In this document: in pieces, positions 50,373 through 60,260 of the stretch
How the letters are laid out: every line of letters starts with the position of its first letter
How positions within the stretch are numbered: the first letter of the stretch is position 1
Position numbers and translations under genes: made by a program
The notes under the pieces: model-generated
What the model was told of the DNA's origin: nothing
The model's database searches: none
The model's input: only the letters and a program-made list of their open reading frames with translations
Assembly: GCA_023667145.1 (NCBI GenBank)
Contig: JAMPAQ010000001.1
Location: 1,375,118 to 1,439,117 of the forward strand
Length of the DNA: 64,000 bases
DNA from: Pseudoflavonifractor sp.
GTDB taxonomy: Bacteria > Bacteroidota > Bacteroidia > Bacteroidales > Muribaculaceae
Reading direction: 5' to 3'

Positions 50373-51974
50373 TTAGAGCTTGGGACCGGCTGCTACGAGA
50401 GCCTTGCCGGCTGCGTTGTTCTCAAACTTCTTGAAGTTGTTGATGAACATCTCGGCGAGCTTGGTTGCCTTCTTGGTCCACTCTGCGGGATCGGCATAGG
50501 TGTCGCGGGGGTCGAGGATCTTGGGGTCTACGCCGGGAAGCTCGGTGGGAACAGTGAAGTCAAAGATGGGTATCTGCTTGGTGGGAGCAGAAAGGATGGC
50601 GCCGTCGAGGATAGCGTCGATGATGCCACGGGTATCCTTGATAGAGATACGCTTGCCTGTACCGTTCCATCCGGTGTTGACGAGGTATGCCTTGGCACCG
50701 CTCTTCTCCATCTTCTTCACGAGTTCCTCGGCATACTTGGTGGGGTGGAGCGAAAGGAACGCTGCACCGAAGCAAGCTGAGAATGTGGGGGTCGGCTCGG
50801 TGATACCGCGCTCTGTACCGGCGAGCTTGGAAGTGAAGCCTGAGAGGAAGTAGTACTTGGTCTGCTCAGGGGTGAGGATAGAAACGGGAGGAAGCACACC
50901 GAATGCGTCGGCCGAGAGGAAGATCACGTTCTTGGCGGCGGGACCTGCACTGGGCTTGACGATGTTCTTGATGTGGTCGATAGGATAGGACACACGGGTG
51001 TTCTCGGTCACGCTCTTGTCGTTGAAGTCGATTTTGCCGTCCTTGTCAACGGTAACGTTCTCAAGGAGTGCGTCGCGTGTGATGGCGTTGTAGATGTCGG
51101 GCTCGCTGTCCTTATCGAGGTTGATGACCTTGGCATAGCAGCCGCCCTCAAAGTTGAAGACGCCGTTGTCGTCCCAGCCGTGCTCGTCGTCACCGATGAG
51201 GAGACGCTTGGGGTCGGTTGAGAGGGTGGTCTTACCTGTGCCTGAGAGGCCGAAGAAGATAGCGGTGTTCTCGCCGTTCTTGTCGGTGTTGGCCGAGCAG
51301 TGCATCGAAGCCATGCCCTTGAGGGGGAGGTAGTAGTTCATGATTGAGAACATACCCTTCTTCATCTCGCCGCCATACCATGTGTTGATGATTATCTGCA
51401 TACGCTCGGTGAGGTTGAAGGCCACGCAGGTCTCGGAGTTGATGCCGAGTTCCTTCCAGTTCTCAACCTTGGCCTTGGAGGCGTTGAGGACAACGAAGTC
51501 GGGCTTGAAGTTCTCGAGCTCTTCCTTGGTGGGACGGATGAACATGTTGGTCACGAAGTGAGCCTGCCATGCTACCTCGACGATGAAACGTACGGCGAGG
51601 CGGGTATCAGCGTTTGTGCCGCAGAATGCGTCGACAACATAGAGGGGCTTGTTGGAAAGCTCCTTGTCAGCGATGCCCTTGAGTGCGTCCCAAGTAGCGG
51701 GAGTGATGGGCTTGTTGTCGTTCTTATATTCGTCAGAAGTCCACCAGATGGTGTCCTTGGAGGTATCGTCCATTACAAAGAACTTGTCCTTGGGCGAGCG
51801 GCCAGTGTAGATACCGGTCATCACGTTTACTGCGCCGAGTTCAGTCTCCTGGCCCTTCTCATAGCCTGTGAGGTTGGGGTTGGTCTCGTCGATAAAAAGC
51901 TGGTCCCAGCTGGGATTGTGGATAATCTCCGGTGTGCCGGTGATACCATACTGAGTTAAATCAATCTTGCTCAT
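50373..51974 (-). CDS. pckA: Phosphoenolpyruvate carboxykinase (ATP)
   Basis: 533 aa. [11 protein letters not shown] kinase-1a motif and IGDDEHGW. Confidence 0.97.
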   Translation of the reverse strand: MSKIDLTQYGITGTPEIIHNPSWDQLFIDETNPNLTGYEKGQETELGAVNVMTGIYTGRSPKDKFFVMDDTSKDTIWWTSDEYKNDNKPITPATWDALKGIADKELSNKPLYVVDAFCGTNADTRLAVRFIVEVAWQAHFVTNMFIRPTKEELENFKPDFVVLNASKAKVENWKELGINSETCVAFNLTERMQIIINTWYGGEMKKGMFSIMNYYLPLKGMASMHCSANTDKNGENTAIFFGLSGTGKTTLSTDPKRLLIGDDEHGWDDNGVFNFEGGCYAKVINLDKDSEPDIYNAITRDALLENVTVDKDGKIDFNDKSVTENTRVSYPIDHIKNIVKPSAGPAAKNVIFLSADAFGVLPPVSILTPEQTKYYFLSGFTSKLAGTERGITEPTPTFSACFGAAFLSLHPTKYAEELVKKMEKSGAKAYLVNTGWNGTGKRISIKDTRGIIDAILDGAILSAPTKQIPIFDFTVPTELPGVDPKILDPRDTYADPAEWTKKATKLAEMFINNFKKFENNAAGKALVAAGPKL

Positions 51975-52047
51975 TTCGTATGATTTTGATTATAAAGTTA
52001 TTAAACAGAATATACTTGAGTTTGGCTTCGACCTTGGAAACCAAGTG

Positions 52048-52055
52048 CAAAGTTA
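52048..52055 (-). promoter_or_regulatory. -7 box (TAACTTTG on the minus strand) for pckA
   Basis: The plus strand reads caaagtta, 74 nt upstream of the ATG at 51974. Confidence 0.45.
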
Positions 52056-52355
52056 GTAAAAATTCGGGGAAAACATCAATCTATTAAGGAATTTTTTCCG
52101 TATTAAAAATTTTTATGATTTCACTCGTGGCGATTTGGTGGCAAATTGCCGCATATCATACGCTTATGCCGTCAAATTATCCGCATCGCCACGGTTTGTC
52201 CGACTAAGGCACGGTATGTGCCTGTTGATGACGCGAGGCCGCGTCCCGGCTGTCGGGAGCGGCCTCGAGTGTTGGGGTTTCGTGGGGCGTTTAGGGCGAG
52301 TGTTGCTGCGGTCGTCGTGTGTTGCTGCTGTCGCCCAATGGGGCGGCGGGGATAC

Positions 52356-52877
52356 CTATTTGCGGCTGCGGGCCTTGGCCTCGTCGTACATGCGGTCAAT
52401 CAGCGGCCTTTCGTCGAGCAGGGAGTTGAGGTAGTCGTCATCTACCGGGGCGATTATTGGAGTGTGTCCCATTGCCTTGGAGTTGAGGATGTATTCGTTG
52501 GATTTCTTAATGTCGTCTACCATAAACTTGAACATTGCGGGCGAGATATTTATCTCATCGGCTGATGTGAGGTCGCAGGTGTACTGGTCGTCCACAATCT
52601 TGACATGGCTGTAAAACCGATAGAGGGCGGCGCGAACAAGGACGTGCCTCTCGGGGTTAATCAGTTGCTCATGGCTTATAGAGTCTCCGTAGTCCTTTAC
52701 ATCAATATAGACATTGCTTTCGACCAAGTCGCGTGCTGTCAGTGTCACGTCTGATGTGTCAGCAATCTGTTGGTGTGCTTCGTAGTTGTCTGAATATGTT
52801 CCGGCGGTAATCTTTTGTATGGCCGGACTGCTAACTAAAAATAAAAGAAATAGACTTAAACGCAATAATGTTTTCAT
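52356..52877 (-). CDS. Small secreted hypothetical protein
   Basis: 173 aa. Signal peptide MKTLLRLSLFLLFLVSSPA. AT-rich, with no recognisable motif. Confidence 0.55.
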   Translation of the reverse strand: MKTLLRLSLFLLFLVSSPAIQKITAGTYSDNYEAHQQIADTSDVTLTARDLVESNVYIDVKDYGDSISHEQLINPERHVLVRAALYRFYSHVKIVDDQYTCDLTSADEINISPAMFKFMVDDIKKSNEYILNSKAMGHTPIIAPVDDDYLNSLLDERPLIDRMYDEAKARSRK

Positions 52878-52905
52878 AATGAAATATTATTTAATTAGTG
52901 TTCGG

Positions 52906-52913
52906 CAAAAGTA
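52906..52913 (-). promoter_or_regulatory. -7 box (TACTTTTG on the minus strand)
   Basis: The plus strand reads caaaagta, 29 nt upstream of the ATG at 52877. Confidence 0.45.
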
Positions 52914-53010
52914 TAATAAGGTATAATTAAGTCAAAATATATTGAGTTGAAAAATACAATGAAAGCGTATGTCTATTATGCAATGGATAATAGAACGTTG
53001 TAGCCTTTCA

Positions 53011-53052
53011 TGGATAAAAATTTGGGACTGTGCCATTGGCACAGTCCCAAAT
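53011..53052 (-). terminator. Intrinsic terminator behind the ppiD 3' remnant
   Basis: atttgggactgtgcc / ggcacagtcccaaat 15-bp stem, with a T-run on the minus strand. Confidence 0.7.
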
Positions 53053-53273
53053 GACTGTCGGTCGTGGTTGACCGTGGGATTACTCGCTGTAGAACTTGAG
53101 AAGGTCGGTATCGACCTCGGTGTTGTTGCGGAGGATGTCAACGACCTTGTTTATCACTGACTGTGAGCCGGGCTGACCGCCGAAACGTGCGGCGCTCTCG
53201 TCATAGTTGTAAGGACGACCCTCGTTGTCAACGCTTGTCACCTGATAGACTATCACGGCGTTGTTGGTCTTGA
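53052..53273. repeat. 222-bp direct repeat, copy 1 (duplicate of the ppiD 3' end)
   Basis: Hand alignment gives 215 of 222 identical to 56128-56349. Confidence 0.9.
53080..53273 (-). pseudogene. Promoter-less and start-less remnant of the last 64 codons of ppiD
   Basis: It translates to KTNNAVIVYQVTSVDNEGRPYNYDESAARFGGQPGSQSVINKVVDILRNNTEVDTDLLKFYSE*. That differs by 3 residues from the intact PpiD C-terminus. Confidence 0.85.
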
Positions 53274-53283
53274 TGAACTTATA

Positions 53284-55722
53284 TCAGTTCCGCAGTTTAT
53301 AGGTAGTCTCACCGATATTTATAAGGTAGATGATGTCTGCGGGCATTGGTATTTGACTTTTGGGGCCATATCCATAATATCGGACAATGCCATCGGTGTC
53401 ATATATGGTAAATGGCTGGTTGTCATCAATATTTTCAATTGTGATGCAATGGTTGATAGTATAGACTTTAGCCGTCTTGTTGATGACAGCACTATTGAAT
53501 GCCTCCTCGTTTGACAATGTGACATTTAGTGTGGCATTGTCAGTCAGAGGTTCTGAAGTGTAGCTGTCTGTATCAATGAGATTGTCTGTCACATCTTGTC
53601 CGTTAAATATGGCACAGCTGATATGCCAGTTCTCGTCGGGTACTATCCTGAACGTGAATTGCCCACCATATTCAAGGGGAATCTCAATGGTCGCGTTTTC
53701 TGCCATGCGTACAGTGACTATAACAGGTTCGTGGACGAACAGCGCGGATACGGAGTAGTTGGTCTCTGCATCGGTGATGGTATAGGTATTGTCGGAGGAT
53801 ACGTCAGATGTCACATCCTTGCCATTTACTATCAAGCAGCTCATGTAGTAACCATTCTCGGGACATAGTGAGAATGTAAGGCTTTTGCCACTTTCTATTG
53901 ATGCGTGGTAGACATTTTTACCATCAATCTTGAAAGAGCCGTGATCTGTGGTAGCGAAATTTATACTGAACGTAGTGCTACCCATCTCTATTTCCTCAAT
54001 CTTGTGGAATGAGTTCCAATGGTCGTCAGACTCATAAGCCTCCAGTGCTCCTATCGGAACATAAAGGGTGGCGGTGTTGTCGACAGCGATGACAGGGCTT
54101 GATGGCCCAGATTGATAACCATTGTTGGCCGGTGGTGTACCACAGGGAAGGTAGACTGATTGTAGCATTCCGCAATTAGAGAAGCATCTCGCTACGCGTT
54201 CTGTCCGAGATGAGAAATGGACAGACTGAAGAGAGGTGCATCCGCTAAAAAGGCCGTATGGATAGACTGTGACATCCCTCGGGAAAGAGATTTCTGTCAG
54301 TGATTTACAATTCTTAAAAGTATTAGTTCCAATATTGGTCAAACTCTTGGGAAGTACGAGGTTTTTGAGGGCCGTACAACCTGAAAATGCTGAACTGCCG
54401 ATTATAGTTATTTTATCGGGAATTGAGAGATATTCTAAGGCCGTGCAATTATAGAAAAAACTATGCGGTAATTCGGTAGCATTGGCCATGATTTTTACGG
54501 AAGATAGTGATTTACAGTTGTAAAATACGGAATTTGCAAGAGTGTTGATGCTTTCAGGAATGGTAATCTCGGTTAAATTGGAGCACGACTTAAACATGGT
54601 TGGAACAAGTGCTGTTACTTTTGGCGGGAAATCAAAAGAAGAGAGGCCGGATTCGTTAAAGGTCAAGGATCCTGAAAATTCCACGATGCTTTCTGGTAGT
54701 TGGATTGAGGTTAGTAGCTTGCAGCCGGAAAATGCGGCTGACCCAATCTTTTCAATACCGTCGGGAACCATGACATTGGATAATGATGAGCAACTATGAC
54801 ATGCGTCGTCGGGGATTTCCTTCATCCCTGCTGAAAATCGGATTGATGATAAATTAGGGCAACAACTAAAGGCTCCGTCCCCAACATTGATGATGTTGTC
54901 GGGCATTTCGGCTGAGGTCAATGATGAATAGCTAAATGCCTCGCTGCCGATGGATCGTAGGTTTGCGCCAAATCTTATGCTTTTTATTTTTGATTTCAAA
55001 AATGCGCGATATCCTATGTTCTGGAGTGCGGATGGCAAGATTATCTCTTCATCGGCTGTGAGATTAAAGGCATAATCCCCTATGACGGTTATATTGTCGG
55101 ATAACTTGATGTCAGACAATTTCTGACAAGACGCGAAGCAGAGGGATGGAATGACTGTTATGTTTCCCGGTATATCAATAGAGGTGAGTCCGGAGCTGGA
55201 AAATGCGGCTGACCCAATTGATTGTAGGGATTCAGGAAGTGTTGCAGTCTTGAGTTTCTCGCAACCGCCAAAGGTATAGTCTCCTATTGACAATAATCCG
55301 TTAGGAAGCTCAATGTCCGTCAACATTGTTTTGTAAAAGGCATGATTGCGTATGTGCCGTAAAGACGTTGGCATCGCGCACTGGGCAATTTTAGACCCAT
55401 AAAAAGCTTCAGCTAAAATTTCGTCAACAGTGTTGGGTATCTTTACGGTGGATACATTCGCATCATAAAATGCCCGAGAGCCTATCTTGGTCACGGTATA
55501 GGTCGTGCCATTGTAGGTTACGCTTGATGGTATCACGACTTCTGTACAGGAGTAGGGTGAGGGAGGCTCGGCGACAGAAATGGTTGTCCCATCAGGATTG
55601 ACTGAGTAATAAATGGTGAGGTTGGACTGATTGCTATTAGTGTCGGCACTAAAATCATAAGCCTGACATGTGGTTGGGAATAAGAGAGCCGCCAACCATA
55701 ACATTGATGAAAAAATCCTCAT
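53284..55722 (-). CDS. BspA-type leucine-rich repeat protein with Ig-like modules and a T9SS-type C-terminus
   Basis: The ATG at 55722 gives MRIFSSMLWLAALLFPTTCQA. About 20 LRR_5-like units are present (xLxSIGxxAFxxCxxLxxIxIP). The C-terminal tail reads ...FTIYDTDGIVRYYGYG...YLINIGETTYKLRN. The gene is clearly AT-rich. Confidence 0.8.
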   Translation of the reverse strand: MRIFSSMLWLAALLFPTTCQAYDFSADTNSNQSNLTIYYSVNPDGTTISVAEPPSPYSCTEVVIPSSVTYNGTTYTVTKIGSRAFYDANVSTVKIPNTVDEILAEAFYGSKIAQCAMPTSLRHIRNHAFYKTMLTDIELPNGLLSIGDYTFGGCEKLKTATLPESLQSIGSAAFSSSGLTSIDIPGNITVIPSLCFASCQKLSDIKLSDNITVIGDYAFNLTADEEIILPSALQNIGYRAFLKSKIKSIRFGANLRSIGSEAFSYSSLTSAEMPDNIINVGDGAFSCCPNLSSIRFSAGMKEIPDDACHSCSSLSNVMVPDGIEKIGSAAFSGCKLLTSIQLPESIVEFSGSLTFNESGLSSFDFPPKVTALVPTMFKSCSNLTEITIPESINTLANSVFYNCKSLSSVKIMANATELPHSFFYNCTALEYLSIPDKITIIGSSAFSGCTALKNLVLPKSLTNIGTNTFKNCKSLTEISFPRDVTVYPYGLFSGCTSLQSVHFSSRTERVARCFSNCGMLQSVYLPCGTPPANNGYQSGPSSPVIAVDNTATLYVPIGALEAYESDDHWNSFHKIEEIEMGSTTFSINFATTDHGSFKIDGKNVYHASIESGKSLTFSLCPENGYYMSCLIVNGKDVTSDVSSDNTYTITDAETNYSVSALFVHEPVIVTVRMAENATIEIPLEYGGQFTFRIVPDENWHISCAIFNGQDVTDNLIDTDSYTSEPLTDNATLNVTLSNEEAFNSAVINKTAKVYTINHCITIENIDDNQPFTIYDTDGIVRYYGYGPKSQIPMPADIIYLINIGETTYKLRN

Positions 55723-56085
55723 AGTTGATGAGATTTTGTGATGATTACTGTTTCCCTCGGCCCTTGGAATACATAATTTGATGATTGTACGGTAATGACA
55801 TAAAAAGAGAGTGAGGCCGTCATCTCGCCTCGTTCTCCGTGTTGGTCTTGGACTACCATTGATTATCAAACAAGGTGGATAGCCTCACCTGACTCTAATA
55901 TCACATGGTTATAGTATGGATATACAAGTCAAGGAAGGCGTCTTCTCTCTTATCTTGATAATCTCTGTGAAGTGTCCAAGTTCACACGGAAAAATAAGCG
56001 AAAATGCGCTTTCTTAAATATGTTGGCCATCGCCTCTGTGATGGCTATCGCAAAAATAAATCATTTTGGTTGATTTACAAAGAAA

Positions 56086-56127
56086 AACAGTAAAATAAAA
56101 AGGCTCCCACGTAGTTTCGCGGGAGCC
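56086..56127 (-). terminator. Intrinsic terminator of ppiD
   Basis: ggctccc / gggagcc stem. On the minus strand it is followed by TTTTATTTTACTG. Confidence 0.7.
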
Positions 56128-56349
56128 TGACTGTCGGTCGTGGTTGACCGTGGGATTACTCGCTGTAGAACTTGAGGAGGTCGGTCTCAACCTCGGTGTT
56201 GTTGCGGAGGATGTCAACGACCTTGTTCATCACTGACTGTGAGCCGAGCTGACCGCCGAAACGTGCGGCGCTCTCGTCATAGTTGTAAGGACGGCCCTCG
56301 TTGTCAACGCTTGTCACCTGATATACTATCACGGCGTTGTTGGTCTTGA
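56128..56349. repeat. 222-bp direct repeat, copy 2 (the 3' end of the intact ppiD)
   Basis: See copy 1. Confidence 0.9.
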
Positions 56350-58246
56350 CAGGACCGGCAACGGTGTTGACAGGGGTAACGGGAACGCGGCCAAGAAGTG
56401 TCGACTCACCAAAGCCGATTCCGGCGACAAAGGGCTGGCCGAATGTGACGGTGGCTGTGGCGATGGCGGCTGTGTCACCGGGGGCGATTAGCTGCGCGTA
56501 GCCGTTGAGGTCCTTAGCCTTACCCTTGTACTGGGCGATAAGGTCGGCGGCTTTCTTGTCGTTGCGCACCTTAGAGGTGAGATACTGCTTGATCTGCGGG
56601 TCGGTGGCGGGGAGGAAGCCGGGCTCGTTGATGTCGGTGAGGGCAACGACGAGGAGTCGCTGGTTGCCGGAGTTGCCTACCTCAAAGACTGGTGACACCT
56701 GTCCTTTCTTGGCATCCATGACCCACTTGACGGCAGCGCGGCTCGACGGGATGTTGGCGAGCTGGGCCGAAGTGGCGGTAACGGAAGCGGGGAGCAGGGT
56801 GTAGCCGGCAGCTGCGGCCTTCTCGGCGGTCATGGCTGCGGCGTTGTTGTTTTCGACGATAAACTTGTCGAGGTTGTCGTTGAGGGTGTTGATGGTCTCC
56901 TCTGACGGCTCAATCTTGTATGATACCGTTGCGTAGTCATATACGGTCACAGGGGCTTTCTTCTCGTTGACGCGGTAGATGATGGCTTGTTCGCCCACTG
57001 AGTCGCCGATGAAATATCCGGCAGGTGCGTTGACGAGACGGCGCTTGATTGAGTCGTTGTTGACCTGGAGGAGCGAGGTCCAGAGGTCGGCCTGACCACC
57101 CTGCACGCCGGTCATCTTGAGAGCATCGTCAAATGCCTTGCCCGAGTTGAGGGCGGCGAGAAGCGAGTCGCGCTCGACGGCGGGGCCGGCAAATGCCACC
57201 ATGTCGATGTTGATTGAGTCGACCTCGTTCTTGGCTCCGAAATATTTGGCGATGATATACTCGTTGTTGATCTGTGAGGTCAGTTTCACCTCACCGGGTG
57301 TGGCCTCGGTGACAAACTGACGGAGGGCGGGGACTGTGATGGCCGACGCGGTGGTCGACTGACGGTCGATGCCGAAGTCAACGTTGCCGGCAACGCCCTC
57401 AAGGTCGGGCTTGGCGGCAAGGTCGGCAAGAGCTGTCTCAACAACCTGCTGTCCGGCCACGAGGTCGCTCTGCGACGGTGCCACGGGGACAGATATGTAG
57501 CTTACCGAGCGGCTTTCCTCGTCGGTCTTGAAAATATTCTTCTCCTTGTTGTACTGGGCATTTATCTCATCATCGCTGACGGGATACTTGTCATCGGGGA
57601 GTGACGAGTAGTCTTTCTTGACATAGGAGATGTGGGACGTGGAGGCGTTGGCATCGTAGAGAGCCTTGGCGTCAAGCTCGTTGGCTACGAGGACGCCCGA
57701 CATGATGTTGGCAAACTTCATCTGCTTGAGGCCGCGCTCCATGTTGGTCTCCTGGTCGTTCCATATAGCCTGAAGCTCGGCGGCCTGCTGGGCGGGTACC
57801 TGATATTTGGAGGGGTTCTTGACAACGTCTAGCATCTGGTCGGGGGTCTCAAACCCATACTGGCGGGCAAACTGTATCATCATGGGGAATGCCTCGGGGC
57901 CTACCATGGCACGTGAGAGTTCCTTGTCGGTCACCTTGATGCCGAGAGACTCAATCTCCTCGTCAAGGAGTGCCTCCTGAACCATCGAATTGAGTATATG
58001 CTGCTGGATGACAGCGGGGTCTTCCTTTGAACCCTGCTGTTGCAGACGCTGGTTGGCCTGCTCATAGCGGCGCTGAAATTCGGTCACGTCGATCTTGCGG
58101 TCGCCGACCTTAGCGATCATAGTAGGATTGCTGAAGAGGGTGCGGCCCGAGGTGAGGCCGTCGCCGATGATAAATGCAAGAAGTGCGACTCCGATGATTA
58201 CCATGAGCAGCACCGACTTGCTTCTGATTTTTTCTAATGTTGCCAT
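56156..58246 (-). CDS. ppiD: Periplasmic chaperone / peptidyl-prolyl isomerase PpiD-like
   Basis: 696 aa. MATLEKIRSKSVLLMVIIGVALLAFIIGDG membrane anchor and a SurA-N-like domain. Confidence 0.8.
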   Translation of the reverse strand: MATLEKIRSKSVLLMVIIGVALLAFIIGDGLTSGRTLFSNPTMIAKVGDRKIDVTEFQRRYEQANQRLQQQGSKEDPAVIQQHILNSMVQEALLDEEIESLGIKVTDKELSRAMVGPEAFPMMIQFARQYGFETPDQMLDVVKNPSKYQVPAQQAAELQAIWNDQETNMERGLKQMKFANIMSGVLVANELDAKALYDANASTSHISYVKKDYSSLPDDKYPVSDDEINAQYNKEKNIFKTDEESRSVSYISVPVAPSQSDLVAGQQVVETALADLAAKPDLEGVAGNVDFGIDRQSTTASAITVPALRQFVTEATPGEVKLTSQINNEYIIAKYFGAKNEVDSINIDMVAFAGPAVERDSLLAALNSGKAFDDALKMTGVQGGQADLWTSLLQVNNDSIKRRLVNAPAGYFIGDSVGEQAIIYRVNEKKAPVTVYDYATVSYKIEPSEETINTLNDNLDKFIVENNNAAAMTAEKAAAAGYTLLPASVTATSAQLANIPSSRAAVKWVMDAKKGQVSPVFEVGNSGNQRLLVVALTDINEPGFLPATDPQIKQYLTSKVRNDKKAADLIAQYKGKAKDLNGYAQLIAPGDTAAIATATVTFGQPFVAGIGFGESTLLGRVPVTPVNTVAGPVKTNNAVIVYQVTSVDNEGRPYNYDESAARFGGQLGSQSVMNKVVDILRNNTEVETDLLKFYSE

Positions 58247-58329
58247 TTATTGATTAAAGATTATGATTTTTATACGTTCCAAAAACGGTATGCGCTGTGT
58301 CCCATTGAGAAATAAGGCGTTGCAGCGTG

Positions 58330-58337
58330 CAAAGATA
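58330..58337 (-). promoter_or_regulatory. -7 box (TATCTTTG on the minus strand) for ppiD
   Basis: The plus strand reads caaagata, 84 nt upstream of the ATG at 58246. Confidence 0.45.
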
Positions 58338-58358
58338 CATCTTTTTTATTAAGTTGCA

Positions 58359-59696
58359 CTATTTTTGGGCGCTTTTTGTGCCGTCACCGATGCCGAACTC
58401 CTCGCGCAGACGGTCGACGTAGTCGAGTTTTTCCCATGTGAACAGCTCGACGGTCATCTCCTTGATGCCCTCATACTTTGACGAGAACCGCTTGGTGACC
58501 GTCTGCGGCTCGCGTCCCATGTGGCCGTAGCTGGCGGTCTCCTGGTAGATGGGGTTGCGGAGTTTGAGGCGGCGCTCGATGGCGGCCGGGCGCATGTCAA
58601 ATATGTCGGCTACCCTGGCCGAGATCTCGGCATCGGTCATGGGCACAAGCGCTGTGCCGTTGGTGTTGACATACAGGCTGACGGGTTTGGCCACGCCGAT
58701 GGCATAGGCCACCTGCACGAGTGCCTCGCGGGCAATCCCGGCGGCTACGAGGTTTTTGGCGATATGGCGTGCGGCGTAGGCTGCGGAGCGGTCTACCTTT
58801 GAGGGATCCTTGCCTGAGAATGCGCCACCACCGTGGGCGCCGCGCCCACCGTATGTATCGACAATGATCTTGCGCCCTGTAAGTCCCGTGTCGCCGTGAG
58901 GGCCGCCGATGACAAATTTGCCGGTGGGGTTGACGTGGAGTATCAGCCGGTCGTCAAAGAGCGACTGCACCTTGGCGGGGAGCTTGGCCTTGACGCGGGG
59001 TATCAGGACATCGCTCACATCGCGGCTGATGATGTCGAGCATCCTGCTGTCGGCCTCGCCTTGGGTGATGCCGTCGGGGCTGATGAAGTCGTCGTGTTGT
59101 GTGGAGATGACGATGGTGTGTATCCTTACGGCGTTGCCGTCGCCGTCATACTCGACCGTCACCTGGCTCTTGGAGTCGGGACGCAGGTATGAGACGGTAT
59201 GCCCGGCAGCGTCGGTGTAGGTCATCGCCGACTTGTCGCGGCGTATGGCCGACAGCTCGCGCAGCAGCTCGTGGCTCAGGGCGAGGGGCAGGGGCATGTA
59301 GGTGTCGGTCTCGTCGCAAGCATATCCAAACATCATGCCTTGGTCGCCGGCTCCCTGGTCGTCGGCGTTCTCGCGCTCGACACCACGGTTGATGTCGGCG
59401 CTCTGCTCGTGGAGGGCCGAGAACACGCCACACGCCTCGGCGTCAAACTTTAGTTCACTGCGGTTGTAGCCTATGCCGCTTATGACGCGGCGGGTCACGT
59501 CCATCAGGTCAATGTAGGCGTTGCTCTTGACCTCGCCGGCCACTACGACCTGTCCCGTGGTGACAAGGGTCTCGCAGGCGACCTTTGACTGCGGGTCGTG
59601 GGCGAGAAACTCGTCGAGTATCGCGTCAGAGATCTGGTCGGCTACTTTGTCGGGGTGTCCTTCTGACACCGATTCGCTTGTGAAGAGGTAGTTCAT
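58359..59696 (-). CDS. metK: S-adenosylmethionine synthase
   Basis: 445 aa. [32 protein letters not shown] and [16 protein letters not shown] motifs. Confidence 0.97.
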   Translation of the reverse strand: MNYLFTSESVSEGHPDKVADQISDAILDEFLAHDPQSKVACETLVTTGQVVVAGEVKSNAYIDLMDVTRRVISGIGYNRSELKFDAEACGVFSALHEQSADINRGVERENADDQGAGDQGMMFGYACDETDTYMPLPLALSHELLRELSAIRRDKSAMTYTDAAGHTVSYLRPDSKSQVTVEYDGDGNAVRIHTIVISTQHDDFISPDGITQGEADSRMLDIISRDVSDVLIPRVKAKLPAKVQSLFDDRLILHVNPTGKFVIGGPHGDTGLTGRKIIVDTYGGRGAHGGGAFSGKDPSKVDRSAAYAARHIAKNLVAAGIAREALVQVAYAIGVAKPVSLYVNTNGTALVPMTDAEISARVADIFDMRPAAIERRLKLRNPIYQETASYGHMGREPQTVTKRFSSKYEGIKEMTVELFTWEKLDYVDRLREEFGIGDGTKSAQK

Positions 59697-59782
59697 CGCT
59701 ATGTGATAGTTTTGAGGTTAATGTTATCGACATACCTGTAAGCGATGGGGGTGAAAATGGGGTTGTGCCTGCAACGACTGAT

Positions 59783-59835
59783 GCGGTTTTAGCATTTTTT
59801 ATGGTGGTTGCAAGCAGCCAAATTTTTCCACCGCC
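59783..59835 (-). promoter_or_regulatory. Candidate H-type pseudoknot in the metK leader (possible SAM-II/SAM-V-like riboswitch)
   Basis: The RNA (minus strand) has stem 1 GGUGG (59832-28) with CCACC (59807-03). The loop segment UUUGGC (59822-17) can pair with the downstream GCUAAA (59793-88), and the linker is A-rich. It was not verified against any covariance model. Confidence 0.3.
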
Positions 59836-59880
59836 TACCCGTCACGATGTCAGGCCGTGCGGGGGTATGTGTTTTCGATG

Positions 59881-59888
59881 CAAAGTTA
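59881..59888 (-). promoter_or_regulatory. -7 box (TAACTTTG on the minus strand) for metK
   Basis: The plus strand reads caaagtta, which implies a leader of about 175 nt. Confidence 0.45.
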
Positions 59889-60132
59889 CAAAATATATTC
59901 ATATAATATCGCAAACTGTGGTTAAATGGCATATGTGGTTGATAATAAGCATAGTGTAAGTTGGGATGAGTACCCTTTTGTGTTGAAAATCCCACTAAAA
60001 ACGCTACCGCTATAATTAATAAAAGTTAAAATCGGGTGGTCGTAAAACCTTTCCGTAGCTTTTGCGTTTTATTGGTACATAGCAAAATTACTTTTTCCAT
60101 TGCAAGAAATGTGATAATGATTGGTTTATTAT

Positions 60133-60175
60133 CAACCGGGAAGACGCCGTGATGGCATCTTCCCGGTTGGTTTTT
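60133..60175 (+). terminator. Strong plus-strand intrinsic terminator with no annotated upstream gene
   Basis: 12-bp stem caaccgggaaga / tcttcccggttg with an inner gcc/ggc pair, followed by GTTTTTG. Confidence 0.65.
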
Positions 60176-60260
60176 GTATGGCCCGTGTTTTTTTGCCGGT
60201 ATCATCATGCCTGTCATGCGTCATCTTTATTGAGAAAAATCAATCAAACAGTTTTTGACA

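Noticed and set aside
53080-53286. The LRR gene stop codon is in frame with the downstream ppiD remnant, so read-through would make a fusion.
   Set aside because: An in-frame arrangement has a one-in-three chance of arising by accident. There is no slippery or recoding signal, and the T9SS tail must be C-terminal to function.
55723-55869. Upstream extensions of ORF-track entries. Examples are 53284..55869, 38222..39520, 16911..18011, 30166..31056, 20615.., 31931..32569, 4067.., 50038 and 60255.
   Set aside because: The extensions precede an internal ATG that starts a signal peptide or a conserved N-terminus. Several extended starts are TTG, and some would cover the gene's own -7 box.
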